IMG/VR virus record: IMGVR_UViG_3300011438_000022
Span: 1 to 40,083 of that record
Length of the DNA: 40,083 nucleotides
Direction: 5' to 3' (one strand)
From: a virus
Lineage: Duplodnaviria; Caudoviricetes
Part shown: positions 18,576 through 26,599 of the stretch, one piece after another
Layout: the number at the start of each line of letters is the position of its first letter
Numbering within the stretch: position 1 is the stretch's first letter
Notes under the pieces: generated by a model
Told to the model about the DNA's origin: nothing
Database searches by the model: none
What the model saw: the letters and a program-made list of their open reading frames with translations, nothing else
Translations under genes and position numbers: made by a program

Positions 18576-18588
18576 TTATTTTGCCATT

Positions 18589-19236
18589 CTAAAAAGGAAG
18601 ATCACTAATAGGCTCACTCTGAGTATCTGCTTTTGGCAGCCTTTTAAAGTGGGCTGGATTTGATTCATCGTATTTTGGCAGTTTACTTTCGCCTTCTGGA
18701 GACTCCACAGATCTGCGATTTGGAAACTTCAATTTCAACCCTACTCCACTTTTGTCGAGCTTTGGATATTGCTCTCCAGATACAAAATATCTGGCGGTTC
18801 TTCCTACAATATAGGGTTTAACAACTTCAAGAACTTCTGAAAGACCGTTGAATTCTGTTTCTCCGTGAGTTACCATGAATTCATCTAAGGTTCCTACAGA
18901 TGTCATTATAGTTTTAAGAAAAGAAACAAATTCTTCTTGCTGGTCGTCGTTCTTTAAATAGAAACCACCATTACCAGCAACTTTACCTATCTGACCACCG
19001 GCCTGAGCATCTTCATGGGCTTCCCAACCTTCATCAGTAACAGGTTCTGTTTCCATCATAAATACAGGTCTGACATTTCCTGTGTTACGACTTTCTTCAA
19101 GAGTTATATTTCGCAGTATTAAGTTTTGTACTCCTGGTCGAATAAACTTTCCTTTCTTAAATTCCAATCTTTGTTCTGGTACCTTTCTAAAATTAAACAT
19201 ATCCTTACTTTTTAGTCCAATCCCCTGATTTGACAA
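18589..19236 (-). CDS. Single-stranded DNA-binding protein (phage type)
   Basis: Acidic C-terminal tail ending DLPF; located beside the Sak4-like ATPase and primase. Confidence 0.7.
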   Translation of the reverse strand: MSNQGIGLKSKDMFNFRKVPEQRLEFKKGKFIRPGVQNLILRNITLEESRNTGNVRPVFMMETEPVTDEGWEAHEDAQAGGQIGKVAGNGGFYLKNDDQQEEFVSFLKTIMTSVGTLDEFMVTHGETEFNGLSEVLEVVKPYIVGRTARYFVSGEQYPKLDKSGVGLKLKFPNRRSVESPEGESKLPKYDESNPAHFKRLPKADTQSEPISDLPF

Positions 19237-19543
19237 GGGGGTAGTTCGAAACGTTGCGGTTCATTTCGTAGATGGGGAGGCCGTCTACTTCAGTTTTAAT
19301 ATAACCTGCTCCGACCTCCATTGAATCTATAAATAATGCCGCCTTTTCACTTACTTCGAGTATATCACACTTTATCGTTCCTTCGCCTTTTTTAATGGCT
19401 GGATAAAATCCCAAATTATGCATTTGAAAGCCATCGACTTCTTTTTCTCCGACTTTTCGTATTGAGGCTTTTCCGTAGGCGTCTTTAATTCTATCGAAAT
19501 TATACTCGCCTTCACGAAGACTGCCATAAACAAGTATTTTCAT
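19205..19543 (-). CDS. Gamma-glutamylcyclotransferase (GGACT/AIG2-like)
   Basis: ILVYGSLREGEYN, LGFYPAI and IDSME...GY. Confidence 0.9.
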   Translation of the reverse strand: MKILVYGSLREGEYNFDRIKDAYGKASIRKVGEKEVDGFQMHNLGFYPAIKKGEGTIKCDILEVSEKAALFIDSMEVGAGYIKTEVDGLPIYEMNRNVSNYPLVKSGDWTKK

Positions 19544-20293
19544 TTAAGTAAATATTTTATCCCAATGATAAATAAATTTTCCGTCTGTATATTCTGCTAC
19601 CACTATCTCTTGGTCTCTTAGATGTTCTGGGCGTGCGCCACAAATCAAATCATCTGGAGAAGTTTTAAAAGAAAGAATTGTTTTATTTTCTTTTCTCTTT
19701 AACATCCCAATTGCGTCCATATCTGCACAAGTGGTAACACGGAGCTTTCCTGTTAGTTCTATATCTTTTACTTCTATTTCTTCTGAAGAGCCCTCTTTAC
19801 TTATTAGGTTTCTCTTCAAGTGAGCCACTAAAATTAAATGTGGCGTAAGAATAGAAAAAAATGTATAGATTCTGTCAAAAGCTTCCCACATATAGGGGTA
19901 GCCGGCTCCTTTTGGTAGTTGCTTTAGTTTATTGGCATCCCCATCAAAGTTTCTTCCAACTAAAGACTCTTTGTAGTTCCTTACGGCTAACTCCCAAGAG
20001 AATTCTTCTAGTTTTGAGACTGTGTCGATACTAATAAAATCGTAGATTGGTTTTCCTTCTTTCTCATTTTGTTGCTTTATTGCTTTTCCTACATCTATAA
20101 GCTCATCTAGGTTATTAGCCTGGATTTTAATAGCATCTAAAAAGCCACTACCCCTATCGAGATCTAAAATTAGTCCGTTCGGTAGTCCAGCTATTAGTGT
20201 GGTTTTGCCTCTTTTAGGATCAGCATAAATAAGCAGTTTTCTAGGGTTTTTAGTTTCTGATTTAACTACTTTTCTAGGCAGTGTTATTGTCAC
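19544..20293 (-). CDS. AAA_24 / Sak4-like P-loop ATPase (ssDNA annealing)
   Basis: LLIYADPKRGKTT, LDLDRGS, IDTVS, GAGY and LILVAH. Confidence 0.85.
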   Translation of the reverse strand: MTITLPRKVVKSETKNPRKLLIYADPKRGKTTLIAGLPNGLILDLDRGSGFLDAIKIQANNLDELIDVGKAIKQQNEKEGKPIYDFISIDTVSKLEEFSWELAVRNYKESLVGRNFDGDANKLKQLPKGAGYPYMWEAFDRIYTFFSILTPHLILVAHLKRNLISKEGSSEEIEVKDIELTGKLRVTTCADMDAIGMLKRKENKTILSFKTSPDDLICGARPEHLRDQEIVVAEYTDGKFIYHWDKIFT

Positions 20294-21438
20294 AAAAAAT
20301 TAAATTTCTTTTGTGTATTTCTATCTAGTATACCTACTTTACCTGTCAGGTATTTTTCATAGAGTAACTCGTTTTCTGATTTTACTCCTTGTTTTAGTAT
20401 AGAAAATTCTGAGGCTTTAGGCAATTCTTCAAAGTAATTGACCATGCCATCGAAGTATAGGGGGATAGTTAAATCAGGCTCCCCCTCCCTGTTTTTAAGA
20501 ACCGATAGAAACCTACACTTATCTTCAAACTTTTTAGTATGATAGCCACGATAATAACCTACTTCGTACCTGAACGGAGAGAACATTCCAAGTACAATAT
20601 CATAATCTCGCCCCAGTGTCCTGTTATCTCCGAGAAGGGCTAGTTGAGGTTCAACTTTTGAGACTATATTGTCGCCTTTTAGTGTAAATTGTTCAACCGA
20701 ACCCTCCGTGGATTGTTGGTGAACATTTACTATTGAGACGCGATATTTGTTTCTATAGTAGACATTATTCGATGAAAACATACTTAAACTCTGATGAAGT
20801 GTATGTCCTGGTTCTGAATGAATAAGGCTGATGTGATCTGTTATAAACAACAGATATTTATTGGGATCGTTTTCTACATATCCATCTGGAATTCTCTCAC
20901 TGACTCCGTTTACTTCAACTATTTTATGAGCAATATATCCATTTTCTTTTACTTTTTTCTCCATTACACGAGCAATCTGAGAAGGTGTTAATGGTTCATC
21001 ATAAAAAGTGACTAGGTCTTCTAATTTTTCAAAATAATCACGGCACTCTTTCACCTTTTCTACAATTTCATCTGAAATTCTGGATGAACCGATGGATTGT
21101 AAAATATTAGGTGATATTCTAATGCCATATTTCTCGAATAGACGCTTGCATATTCCTTTTCTTATTTTAGACTCTTTAGAGATTTCAAAAGAGAAATAAG
21201 TTATATCTAACTTAATATCTGAATTTTTTATGAAATCAAGAGCGTGATAAAGAAAGATATGATCTGTCAGTTGAGTCTTAGCCGACCCTGGAGATCCTGT
21301 TATAGCATAATACTGGCTTTTTTGAATTCCTGGAACATAAGTAGAAAAACGAGGGAATAATTCGTCGAATGGAATACAGTTAAATTTTTTTTCTCGATTG
21401 GCTTCTATACCTGTTACGACCCTATCAAATATCTTCAT
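20290..21438 (-). CDS. DnaB-like replicative helicase
   Basis: Walker A GSPGSAKT, FSFE, ITDHISL, HQQ, D.VLGMFSP and LKNREG. Confidence 0.88.
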   Translation of the reverse strand: MKIFDRVVTGIEANREKKFNCIPFDELFPRFSTYVPGIQKSQYYAITGSPGSAKTQLTDHIFLYHALDFIKNSDIKLDITYFSFEISKESKIRKGICKRLFEKYGIRISPNILQSIGSSRISDEIVEKVKECRDYFEKLEDLVTFYDEPLTPSQIARVMEKKVKENGYIAHKIVEVNGVSERIPDGYVENDPNKYLLFITDHISLIHSEPGHTLHQSLSMFSSNNVYYRNKYRVSIVNVHQQSTEGSVEQFTLKGDNIVSKVEPQLALLGDNRTLGRDYDIVLGMFSPFRYEVGYYRGYHTKKFEDKCRFLSVLKNREGEPDLTIPLYFDGMVNYFEELPKASEFSILKQGVKSENELLYEKYLTGKVGILDRNTQKKFNFL

Positions 21439-21995
21439 TAAATTGTCCTGGAAAAGGATTGATGTTTTTTACCATTTTCTACTATTTCACATTCTAGTGC
21501 AAGTGTAGATTCTTCATCATCTTTTAAAATGAAGTTATGTACAGGTTTCATATATGCAAAGTTTCCCGCTCTACATCTGTCAACATAACTTGCGGTAGCT
21601 TCGAATATTATATCCCAATCATAAGTATAAAGTCTAAGGAAGGCCTTTAGACGATCTTTCACCAGTTTCATACTGGCAGATCTCCCGTAACGCCCATTAG
21701 GCAGTAGTAAAGGAAACAGTTGACTAAGCCTCGCTGCTTGATGAGTTAAAGCTTTTTCTTCTGTTTCCCGATCCTTATGATAAAAAGGATCCAGTGGATC
21801 TTTATCCTCTAGAATATTACATTTACTTGTTAAATCACCATGTTCGCTTAAAAATCCTTTTGCTTTTAAGCTTTTTCTCTCTATGGCCGGATTAAAGTTA
21901 AGATTTTTATTTATGCCATTCATCAGGCAGTATAGTAAAATATACTGATTTGGCGTTAGTTCTGATGCTAATATTTTGTCTAATAGTTGTTTCAC
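21438..21995 (-). CDS. Conserved phage replication-associated protein upstream of the helicase
   Basis: N-terminal HTH-like LTPNQY..L segment and IIFEATASYV...YMK..HNFI; GTG start. Confidence 0.65.
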   Translation of the reverse strand: MKQLLDKILASELTPNQYILLYCLMNGINKNLNFNPAIERKSLKAKGFLSEHGDLTSKCNILEDKDPLDPFYHKDRETEEKALTHQAARLSQLFPLLLPNGRYGRSASMKLVKDRLKAFLRLYTYDWDIIFEATASYVDRCRAGNFAYMKPVHNFILKDDEESTLALECEIVENGKKHQSFSRTI

Positions 21996-22018
21996 TTATT
22001 GGGTTGATACAGCTATAT

Positions 22019-22582
22019 TTAGATATTTTTAGGTATTTTTTTAACTGATATATTAAGTTTGTTTCCTGTTCTTCGGTTTATAAAAGAGAAAATATCCTTT
22101 TGTACTTTATTGTCAAAAGCCGGATTAACTACGAACCGTACATTCCAATCATTGTTCTTAAGGACCTTACGTTGAGCTTCATTTCCATCACAATCTGTGC
22201 AAAGCAAAAGGGAATAACCTAGTAAGGAGGCAACATCTTGACGAAGAGCATTTAGACAGGTAGCGATACCCATTCTTTGATAGCTCTTCGCAACATTAGA
22301 AGCAGTGCTTACACAAATTCCACAACAATGAGGCATTTGATAAAGCTCAAACGTAGAAACAAGATCATCTTTAAACTTTACTACATAAGAGCCTACTTGC
22401 CAGTTCTTTATGTCTTCTTTTTCTATGTCAATGATTTCTCCGATTTGAGTAAGTTCATTACTACCACGTGACCAGAAAGTAATATCGTTTGGATGAAACT
22501 TATCTATTTTTTTTCCTTTACATATGAGCGTACCAATTAAAAGAGAGTATTTTTCCAATAAATTTCTAGTTGTTAAAGCCAT
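22019..22582 (-). CDS. GNAT-like (C)CG-family protein, paralog 3, with an acyl-CoA-binding motif
   Basis: MPHCCG...V...YQRMGIA (Q/RxxGxA)...LLGYSLLLCT...N..Q.K.L....W...FINRRTGNKL; start placed at MALTT (22582). Confidence 0.75.
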   Translation of the reverse strand: MALTTRNLLEKYSLLIGTLICKGKKIDKFHPNDITFWSRGSNELTQIGEIIDIEKEDIKNWQVGSYVVKFKDDLVSTFELYQMPHCCGICVSTASNVAKSYQRMGIATCLNALRQDVASLLGYSLLLCTDCDGNEAQRKVLKNNDWNVRFVVNPAFDNKVQKDIFSFINRRTGNKLNISVKKIPKNI

Positions 22583-22587
22583 AAAAA

Positions 22588-22622
22588 TTTGGTAATTTGA
22601 ATTAAAAGTTGTATATTTAAGT
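22588..22622 (+). promoter_or_regulatory. Plus-strand promoter variant (TTTGG...GTATATTT-AAGT-ATG)
   Basis: Similar to the element at 23390-23424; divergent from the 22582 gene. Confidence 0.5.
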
Positions 22623-22689
22623 ATGATTACTATGAGTTGCGGCAAGGGCCGCGGGTGTAACTACGAAGGAGAGCCCGAACTAAGATTTT

Positions 22690-22953
22690 ATGAAAAAACC
22701 AATTCCCGACAACGATTCGAAATTTCTGGAAAAAGTGTTCAAAGAAGTGAGAAAAATCGATCCAAATGTCCTTATCGAGATTACTCAATATCTGTTTTCC
22801 ATAAGAGTTGAACTTCAGTCTTCCGAAGAGTTTAGAGGGAAAATCTTTAATAAGCTTCATTATATTCATAGACTTTTTGGCTTGACTTTTACTCCTTCTC
22901 AGTTTATTAAAAAAGATAAAAACATAATTTCTTTTGAATTAACCTCTTCTTAA
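22690..22953 (+). CDS. Hypothetical protein on the opposite strand
   Basis: 87-aa ORF filling a gap between minus-strand genes, with an upstream promoter-like motif. Confidence 0.65.
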   Translation: MKKPIPDNDSKFLEKVFKEVRKIDPNVLIEITQYLFSIRVELQSSEEFRGKIFNKLHYIHRLFGLTFTPSQFIKKDKNIISFELTSS

Positions 22954-23219
22954 AAAGGAGGGCTAGATACGTCAAGCACATAGTAAAAGGTGTGTCTACT
23001 TATCTTCTCTCCTTCCACCCAATCCTTATCTTCTGTAAGATCGTAACCTTTAAGCATGGCTTCTTCTTTTAGAAAAACGAACCCCTCTGCGTTAAGTTCA
23101 GCGGCTTCTCCAAAAGTTATACAAATCTTGTCTCCAATAACTCTAAGAGTAATTTTAGCATTAAACTTCCCTTTTAATCGGTTTTCTAACTCCTGTGCGT
23201 CTTTATCGATTTGTGTCAT
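22950..23219 (-). CDS. Hypothetical protein
   Basis: ORF coupled to 23203..23385. Confidence 0.65.
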   Translation of the reverse strand: MTQIDKDAQELENRLKGKFNAKITLRVIGDKICITFGEAAELNAEGFVFLKEEAMLKGYDLTEDKDWVEGEKISRHTFYYVLDVSSPPF

Positions 23220-23385
23220 CTTGTAAAAGTTTTTTTCCTTCTTCAGTTAGCTGATACTTGTGATCCCCAATATAAATAATTAGTTTCTTTTTTTGAAGTT
23301 CTTGTTTAACTGAAAAAGGCCCTATCTTTGTATTGGGGTTTTCATGCAAAGTCCTTAATATACGTTTTTGTATAGGATTTAACAT
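23203..23385 (-). CDS. Small winged-helix-like DNA-binding protein
   Basis: LNPIQKRILRTL...L.KKKLI......YQLTEEGKKLL is a typical wHTH C-terminal signature. Confidence 0.65.
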   Translation of the reverse strand: MLNPIQKRILRTLHENPNTKIGPFSVKQELQKKKLIIYIGDHKYQLTEEGKKLLQDDTNR

Positions 23386-23389
23386 ATTA

Positions 23390-23424
23390 TTTGGTTTTTT
23401 GAGATAAAAGTGTTATATTGTAGT
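23390..23424 (+). promoter_or_regulatory. Plus-strand promoter variant (TTTGG...TTATATTG-TAGT-ATG)
   Basis: Same TAGT-ATG end and -33 TTTG as the minus-strand promoters. Confidence 0.55.
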
Positions 23425-23676
23425 ATGAAAGTATTTACAATACCAAATGAGCTTGTTTTTAGCCCTTGTAAAGTAGATGGTCTTTTCTGGAGCGGTTTTC
23501 ATGATATTATTTCTTATTTAGGTAATTTAGAAGAACTGCTCGCTATAAAAAATGAAGACCCGGAAAAGTATAAACTTATAATAGAACCTCTTTTACTATT
23601 TGTAAAAACGACAGAAGAAGAATTACACTCTAAAGGGTATTTAAAAGAAATTGAAATTAACCAGGGTCCTGCTTGA
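23425..23676 (+). CDS. Hypothetical protein on the opposite strand (MKVFTIPNEL...)
   Basis: Fills a gap free of minus-strand ORFs; ATG directly follows the promoter motif. Confidence 0.7.
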   Translation: MKVFTIPNELVFSPCKVDGLFWSGFHDIISYLGNLEELLAIKNEDPEKYKLIIEPLLLFVKTTEEELHSKGYLKEIEINQGPA

Positions 23677-23707
23677 ATTTTGAAACAAAATTCATCGATG
23701 AACGATC

Positions 23708-24085
23708 TTAAGATTGTTCAAGAAGAATAAAACTAAAGTTTTGACTTGATAGTCTTGCTACTTCATCCAAGTAATGTGAAAATTCTTCAATACTGAGGTC
23801 TGAAGTTGAAAGACAATCTAAAATAGTTTCTCCTTTAATTTGAACTTCATGACAAAGCAATTCTTGTTTGAAATAGTTGTGAAGTTCTCTCTTTGAGTAT
23901 CCAGAGAAAAGCGATAGTTGTCCTAACCAAAGCCAATAAAGATTATTCATTTTTAAATTTCGAATATCTTTAGACCGTGTAACTTTAATTTCAAATGCTT
24001 CCCCCTCTTCCAAACAGTCAAAAAACTCCTTATAGTTTTCAGCTATTTTAGGCTTCCCATCTTCAATTTTACCATAGAATTTCAC
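23708..24085 (-). CDS. NinB/Orf-like recombination protein
   Basis: RNLKMNNLYW...ELHNYFK...STSDLSIEEFSHYLDEV pattern. Confidence 0.75.
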   Translation of the reverse strand: MKFYGKIEDGKPKIAENYKEFFDCLEEGEAFEIKVTRSKDIRNLKMNNLYWLWLGQLSLFSGYSKRELHNYFKQELLCHEVQIKGETILDCLSTSDLSIEEFSHYLDEVARLSSQNFSFILLEQS

Positions 24086-24652
24086 TTAGGTTTCTTTTAG
24101 TTTAGATTTTAATTCAGATATTAGTTCTATTATAGCTCCTCTGGTAGGTTTTGCTACTAGTCTAGCTATTTCTTGTAACTGGCTGGTAATTCCTGGAATT
24201 TCATGTTCTAAAACTTCTTTAAAGATTTGGGGATCAGTTTCGTGTTTGCTATTACAGGCATTACATTGTACCCGGCAATTATCAAGAGACCATCTTAAAG
24301 CAAGTTCAGATCTTGAAATAAAATGCCCACATTGAGCTTCATTGTAAACTAAAGGGCGATCGCAAGTATAGCACCAAAGAGCTCCATCAGCTTCAGTGTA
24401 AATCTTTCTTATTAGTTTAGAAAAGAGCCTATCTGCCTCTTTAATATACTCTGGAAGCGGCTTAACTACTTTTTTTAAGATCTCTTTTTTCTTTGCCCTT
24501 GTTGCTTTATTTTTTTTGTAGTTTTTAGTAAACATTTTTTCTTTTTTATAACAATCAAGGCATTGAGGACCGTTGCCACGTACGTTCCTAAATATGGATT
24601 TACTAAACCCACAATAAGCACATGGTTTAAGTTTAATTTTAATCCTTCCCAA
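24086..24652 (-). CDS. NinG/Rap-like endonuclease
   Basis: ADRLFSKLIR, CYTC, QCGHFISR, LRW..DNCRVQC..CN; extra N-terminal CxxC...CxxC; GTG/TTG-type starts in this pair. Confidence 0.85.
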   Translation of the reverse strand: MGRIKIKLKPCAYCGFSKSIFRNVRGNGPQCLDCYKKEKMFTKNYKKNKATRAKKKEILKKVVKPLPEYIKEADRLFSKLIRKIYTEADGALWCYTCDRPLVYNEAQCGHFISRSELALRWSLDNCRVQCNACNSKHETDPQIFKEVLEHEIPGITSQLQEIARLVAKPTRGAIIELISELKSKLKET

Positions 24653-24875
24653 GCTCTTTCTTTATTTCTTTGACTCGAACTTCAGGCAAATCCTCTGGAA
24701 CTTCAGGCAACTCCCATATTTTGGGATCACGCATTTTCTCAATTTTTGGGTCGAATGGATTATCTATTTCATACCCATCGTCTCTTAGCATAAGTTCTTG
24801 CATGAAGTTTTCATCCATGGACTCTTCAAAACTAACGAAAACCACTTTTCCAGACTGTAAAGATACTGCTACCAT
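24639..24875 (-). CDS. Small acidic hypothetical protein
   Basis: ORF directly downstream of a promoter. Confidence 0.7.
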   Translation of the reverse strand: MVAVSLQSGKVVFVSFEESMDENFMQELMLRDDGYEIDNPFDPKIEKMRDPKIWELPEVPEDLPEVRVKEIKKELGKD

Positions 24876-24910
24876 AATACAAAGATAAGCAAAATTTTTT
24901 AATTTTCCAA
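24876..24910 (-). promoter_or_regulatory. Bacteroidota-type promoter (-33 TTGG, -7 TATCTTTG), 4 nt upstream of ATG
   Basis: Minus strand reads TTGG...TATCTTTG-TATT-ATG. Confidence 0.8.
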
Positions 24911-24911
24911 C

Positions 24912-25112
24912 TTATTCTTGATGAGTTCCTATAGCATTTATTGCATTTCTTAGTTTATGTCCTAGTGCGCGTATTTTAAAGTATCTTTGGTATTTGTGTC
25001 GATCAAATCCTACATTATCTGGATTTTGTTCAGGTGTTAAGTCTCGGTACTGTCTTCCCACTTGCTCGAGTTGATCGTTGTACCTTCTCTTCTGCTGACG
25101 GTTCGTTCTCAT
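24912..25112 (-). CDS. Small basic hypothetical protein
   Basis: 66-aa ORF overlapping the end of the upstream gene. Confidence 0.55.
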   Translation of the reverse strand: MRTNRQQKRRYNDQLEQVGRQYRDLTPEQNPDNVGFDRHKYQRYFKIRALGHKLRNAINAIGTHQE

Positions 25113-25596
25113 ATTCTTTCCAGCCTATTTCCTTTAAGTAATCCATATCCATAATGGTGATTACAGGACTCGGCTTTTTACAATCTTCAATATCTTTTTG
25201 TATAGTTCCTAGGTAGATCATTGGATAATCCTTTTTGTAGATACGGCGAAATAAAATCCCGTTACTTCCGTGTTTTACAAGAATTTGTGCAGGTTCTGTA
25301 AATGTAATTCCATGTATTCCGCTCCTTGAATTAGGAAATTCTCCAGCACTATTATAAGAGTAAAGATAACCAAATCTTTGACTACATATGTCTCCTTGGA
25401 CAACATTACTACATATAAAAGTAGAGCCGTCACACACTGAAATAATCCCTGGATGTGGACCAGATTCGCCAAAAAAGAACATTATGGCTAAGCCGTGGTC
25501 CGAATGTTTAATAAGTCTCATATTTTTAGTTTTAAAAGCAACAGGCTTCGCCTCGATCATATTGCGCTTGAATAGTCGGACCGTAATAGATTTCAT
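25030..25596 (-). CDS. Hypothetical protein
   Basis: 188-aa ORF. Confidence 0.65.
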   Translation of the reverse strand: MKSITVRLFKRNMIEAKPVAFKTKNMRLIKHSDHGLAIMFFFGESGPHPGIISVCDGSTFICSNVVQGDICSQRFGYLYSYNSAGEFPNSRSGIHGITFTEPAQILVKHGSNGILFRRIYKKDYPMIYLGTIQKDIEDCKKPSPVITIMDMDYLKEIGWKEYENEPSAEEKVQRSTRASGKTVPRLNT

Positions 25597-25795
25597 ATCT
25601 AGTTAATTGTCGATAAAAAAACATTAACCCAAAATGACAAAAATGTCTATAAATTTTGAGGTTTTCATTATGCTCCAGCACAGTTCCTATGTTTTCTGAG
25701 TGTAATTTTCTCAAAATACTTGGAGTCATGAAGTCTTCAAGAGTGACATTTAGTCCTGTTTTTAATTTATATTCTTCCCATTTAAGTTTGTGCAT
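25532..25795 (-). CDS. Hypothetical protein
   Basis: 87-aa ORF, coupled to its neighbours. Confidence 0.55.
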   Translation of the reverse strand: MHKLKWEEYKLKTGLNVTLEDFMTPSILRKLHSENIGTVLEHNENLKIYRHFCHFGLMFFYRQLTRYEIYYGPTIQAQYDRGEACCF

Positions 25796-26018
25796 CTGTT
25801 TTTGGTTTTAAATAAATTAGGCAAGTTTTGCTATTCATGTTGAACCGTTTTACACGAACGTTTAGTAGATTTTCAATCATTTTAACTGGAGTTAGATAGT
25901 CTAATTGCACCATAACTTGATTCATTTTACCTTTTTGCTTTTCTTTAATAACGTAATCTATTGTGCTTTCAAGATCTTTATTACGGTATATTTCTGAAAC
26001 AAATTCACTAGTAGTCAT
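25782..26018 (-). CDS. Hypothetical protein (start placed at MTTSEF)
   Basis: The ORF-track start at 26051 falls inside an RNA structure; the ATG at 26018 has the A-rich context typical of this genome. Confidence 0.6.
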   Translation of the reverse strand: MTTSEFVSEIYRNKDLESTIDYVIKEKQKGKMNQVMVQLDYLTPVKMIENLLNVRVKRFNMNSKTCLIYLKPKTDAQT

Positions 26019-26030
26019 AATTTTAAAGAA

Positions 26031-26148
26031 AGGGATGCGGGCCTTGAACATTAGAAAAGGGCTAATTTCAAGTTCTGGCGAACAGTACTACGGAACACGC
26101 CAGACGCCAAGTTTAGTAAGCCGTAGTTTCGTTGTACCCGCAATCCCT
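26031..26148 (-). ncRNA. Candidate structured RNA of about 118 nt with an H-type pseudoknot, family not recognised
   Basis: Closing stem 26031-26041/26137-26148, hairpin 26043-26072, and crossing 7-bp helices 26074-26080/26098-26104 and 26087-26093/26121-26127; strand inferred from the flanking genes. Confidence 0.65.
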
Positions 26149-26176
26149 ATAGTTTTTAGTAAAGTACAAGAATTAA

Positions 26177-26548
26177 TTAAGTCCTATGATCGGACTTGGC
26201 CTTAAAAGAGATTTTCCCTTTTGGACCCCGGTGATGAGGTACTACAGGCGCACTGCCTTTGACCTTATGCCGTTTGTCCTCTAAAGAATCTCTAATAGGG
26301 TTTACAGCCCTAGAGTCCTCCTTTCGTTCTCTATTTACCTCAAAACTATCGTAATATGGCTCTCCGTCTTTTTCTAGTATAAATCCCTTTAATTTAGAGC
26401 CAAAAAGATCATTAGATATCATTTTAGCTTTCGCTGTCGGAGTTATAATGATTTTTTTTCCTCTATCGTATTTTAGTTCATTAGTAAAAAAAGTACTATA
26501 GAGGTTTATAACTCTAGTTTGATTATCCGAATGAATAGTTAGTTTCAT
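26177..26548 (-). CDS. Hypothetical protein with a basic C-terminus
   Basis: ORF track 26177..26587; the ATG at 26548 is the likelier start. Confidence 0.6.
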   Translation of the reverse strand: MKLTIHSDNQTRVINLYSTFFTNELKYDRGKKIIITPTAKAKMISNDLFGSKLKGFILEKDGEPYYDSFEVNRERKEDSRAVNPIRDSLEDKRHKVKGSAPVVPHHRGPKGKISFKAKSDHRT

Positions 26549-26599
26549 TTTTATTTTTTGAATTTTATAAATCCTGCCTGAGAGCAATCAAAAAACTAT

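Noticed and set aside
22630-22869. 79-aa minus-strand ORF and the 62-aa plus-strand ORF at 22623
   Set aside because: Both overlap the more protein-like 22690..22953 ORF; not called as CDS, although 22623 cannot be fully excluded because it follows a promoter motif
23675-23702. GAATTTTG-AAA-CAAAATTC hairpin and TTCATCGATGAA palindrome between convergent genes
   Set aside because: AT-rich and without a clear U-tract; it may aid termination but is too weak to call
24678-24714. Direct repeat AACTTCAGGCAA x2
   Set aside because: Explained by the coding repeat LPEVPEDLPEV; only two copies
26031-26148. Assignment as an HDV-like/theta, pistol, twister or hammerhead ribozyme
   Set aside because: The helix order and conserved catalytic-core nucleotides of those classes are not present; kept as an unknown RNA
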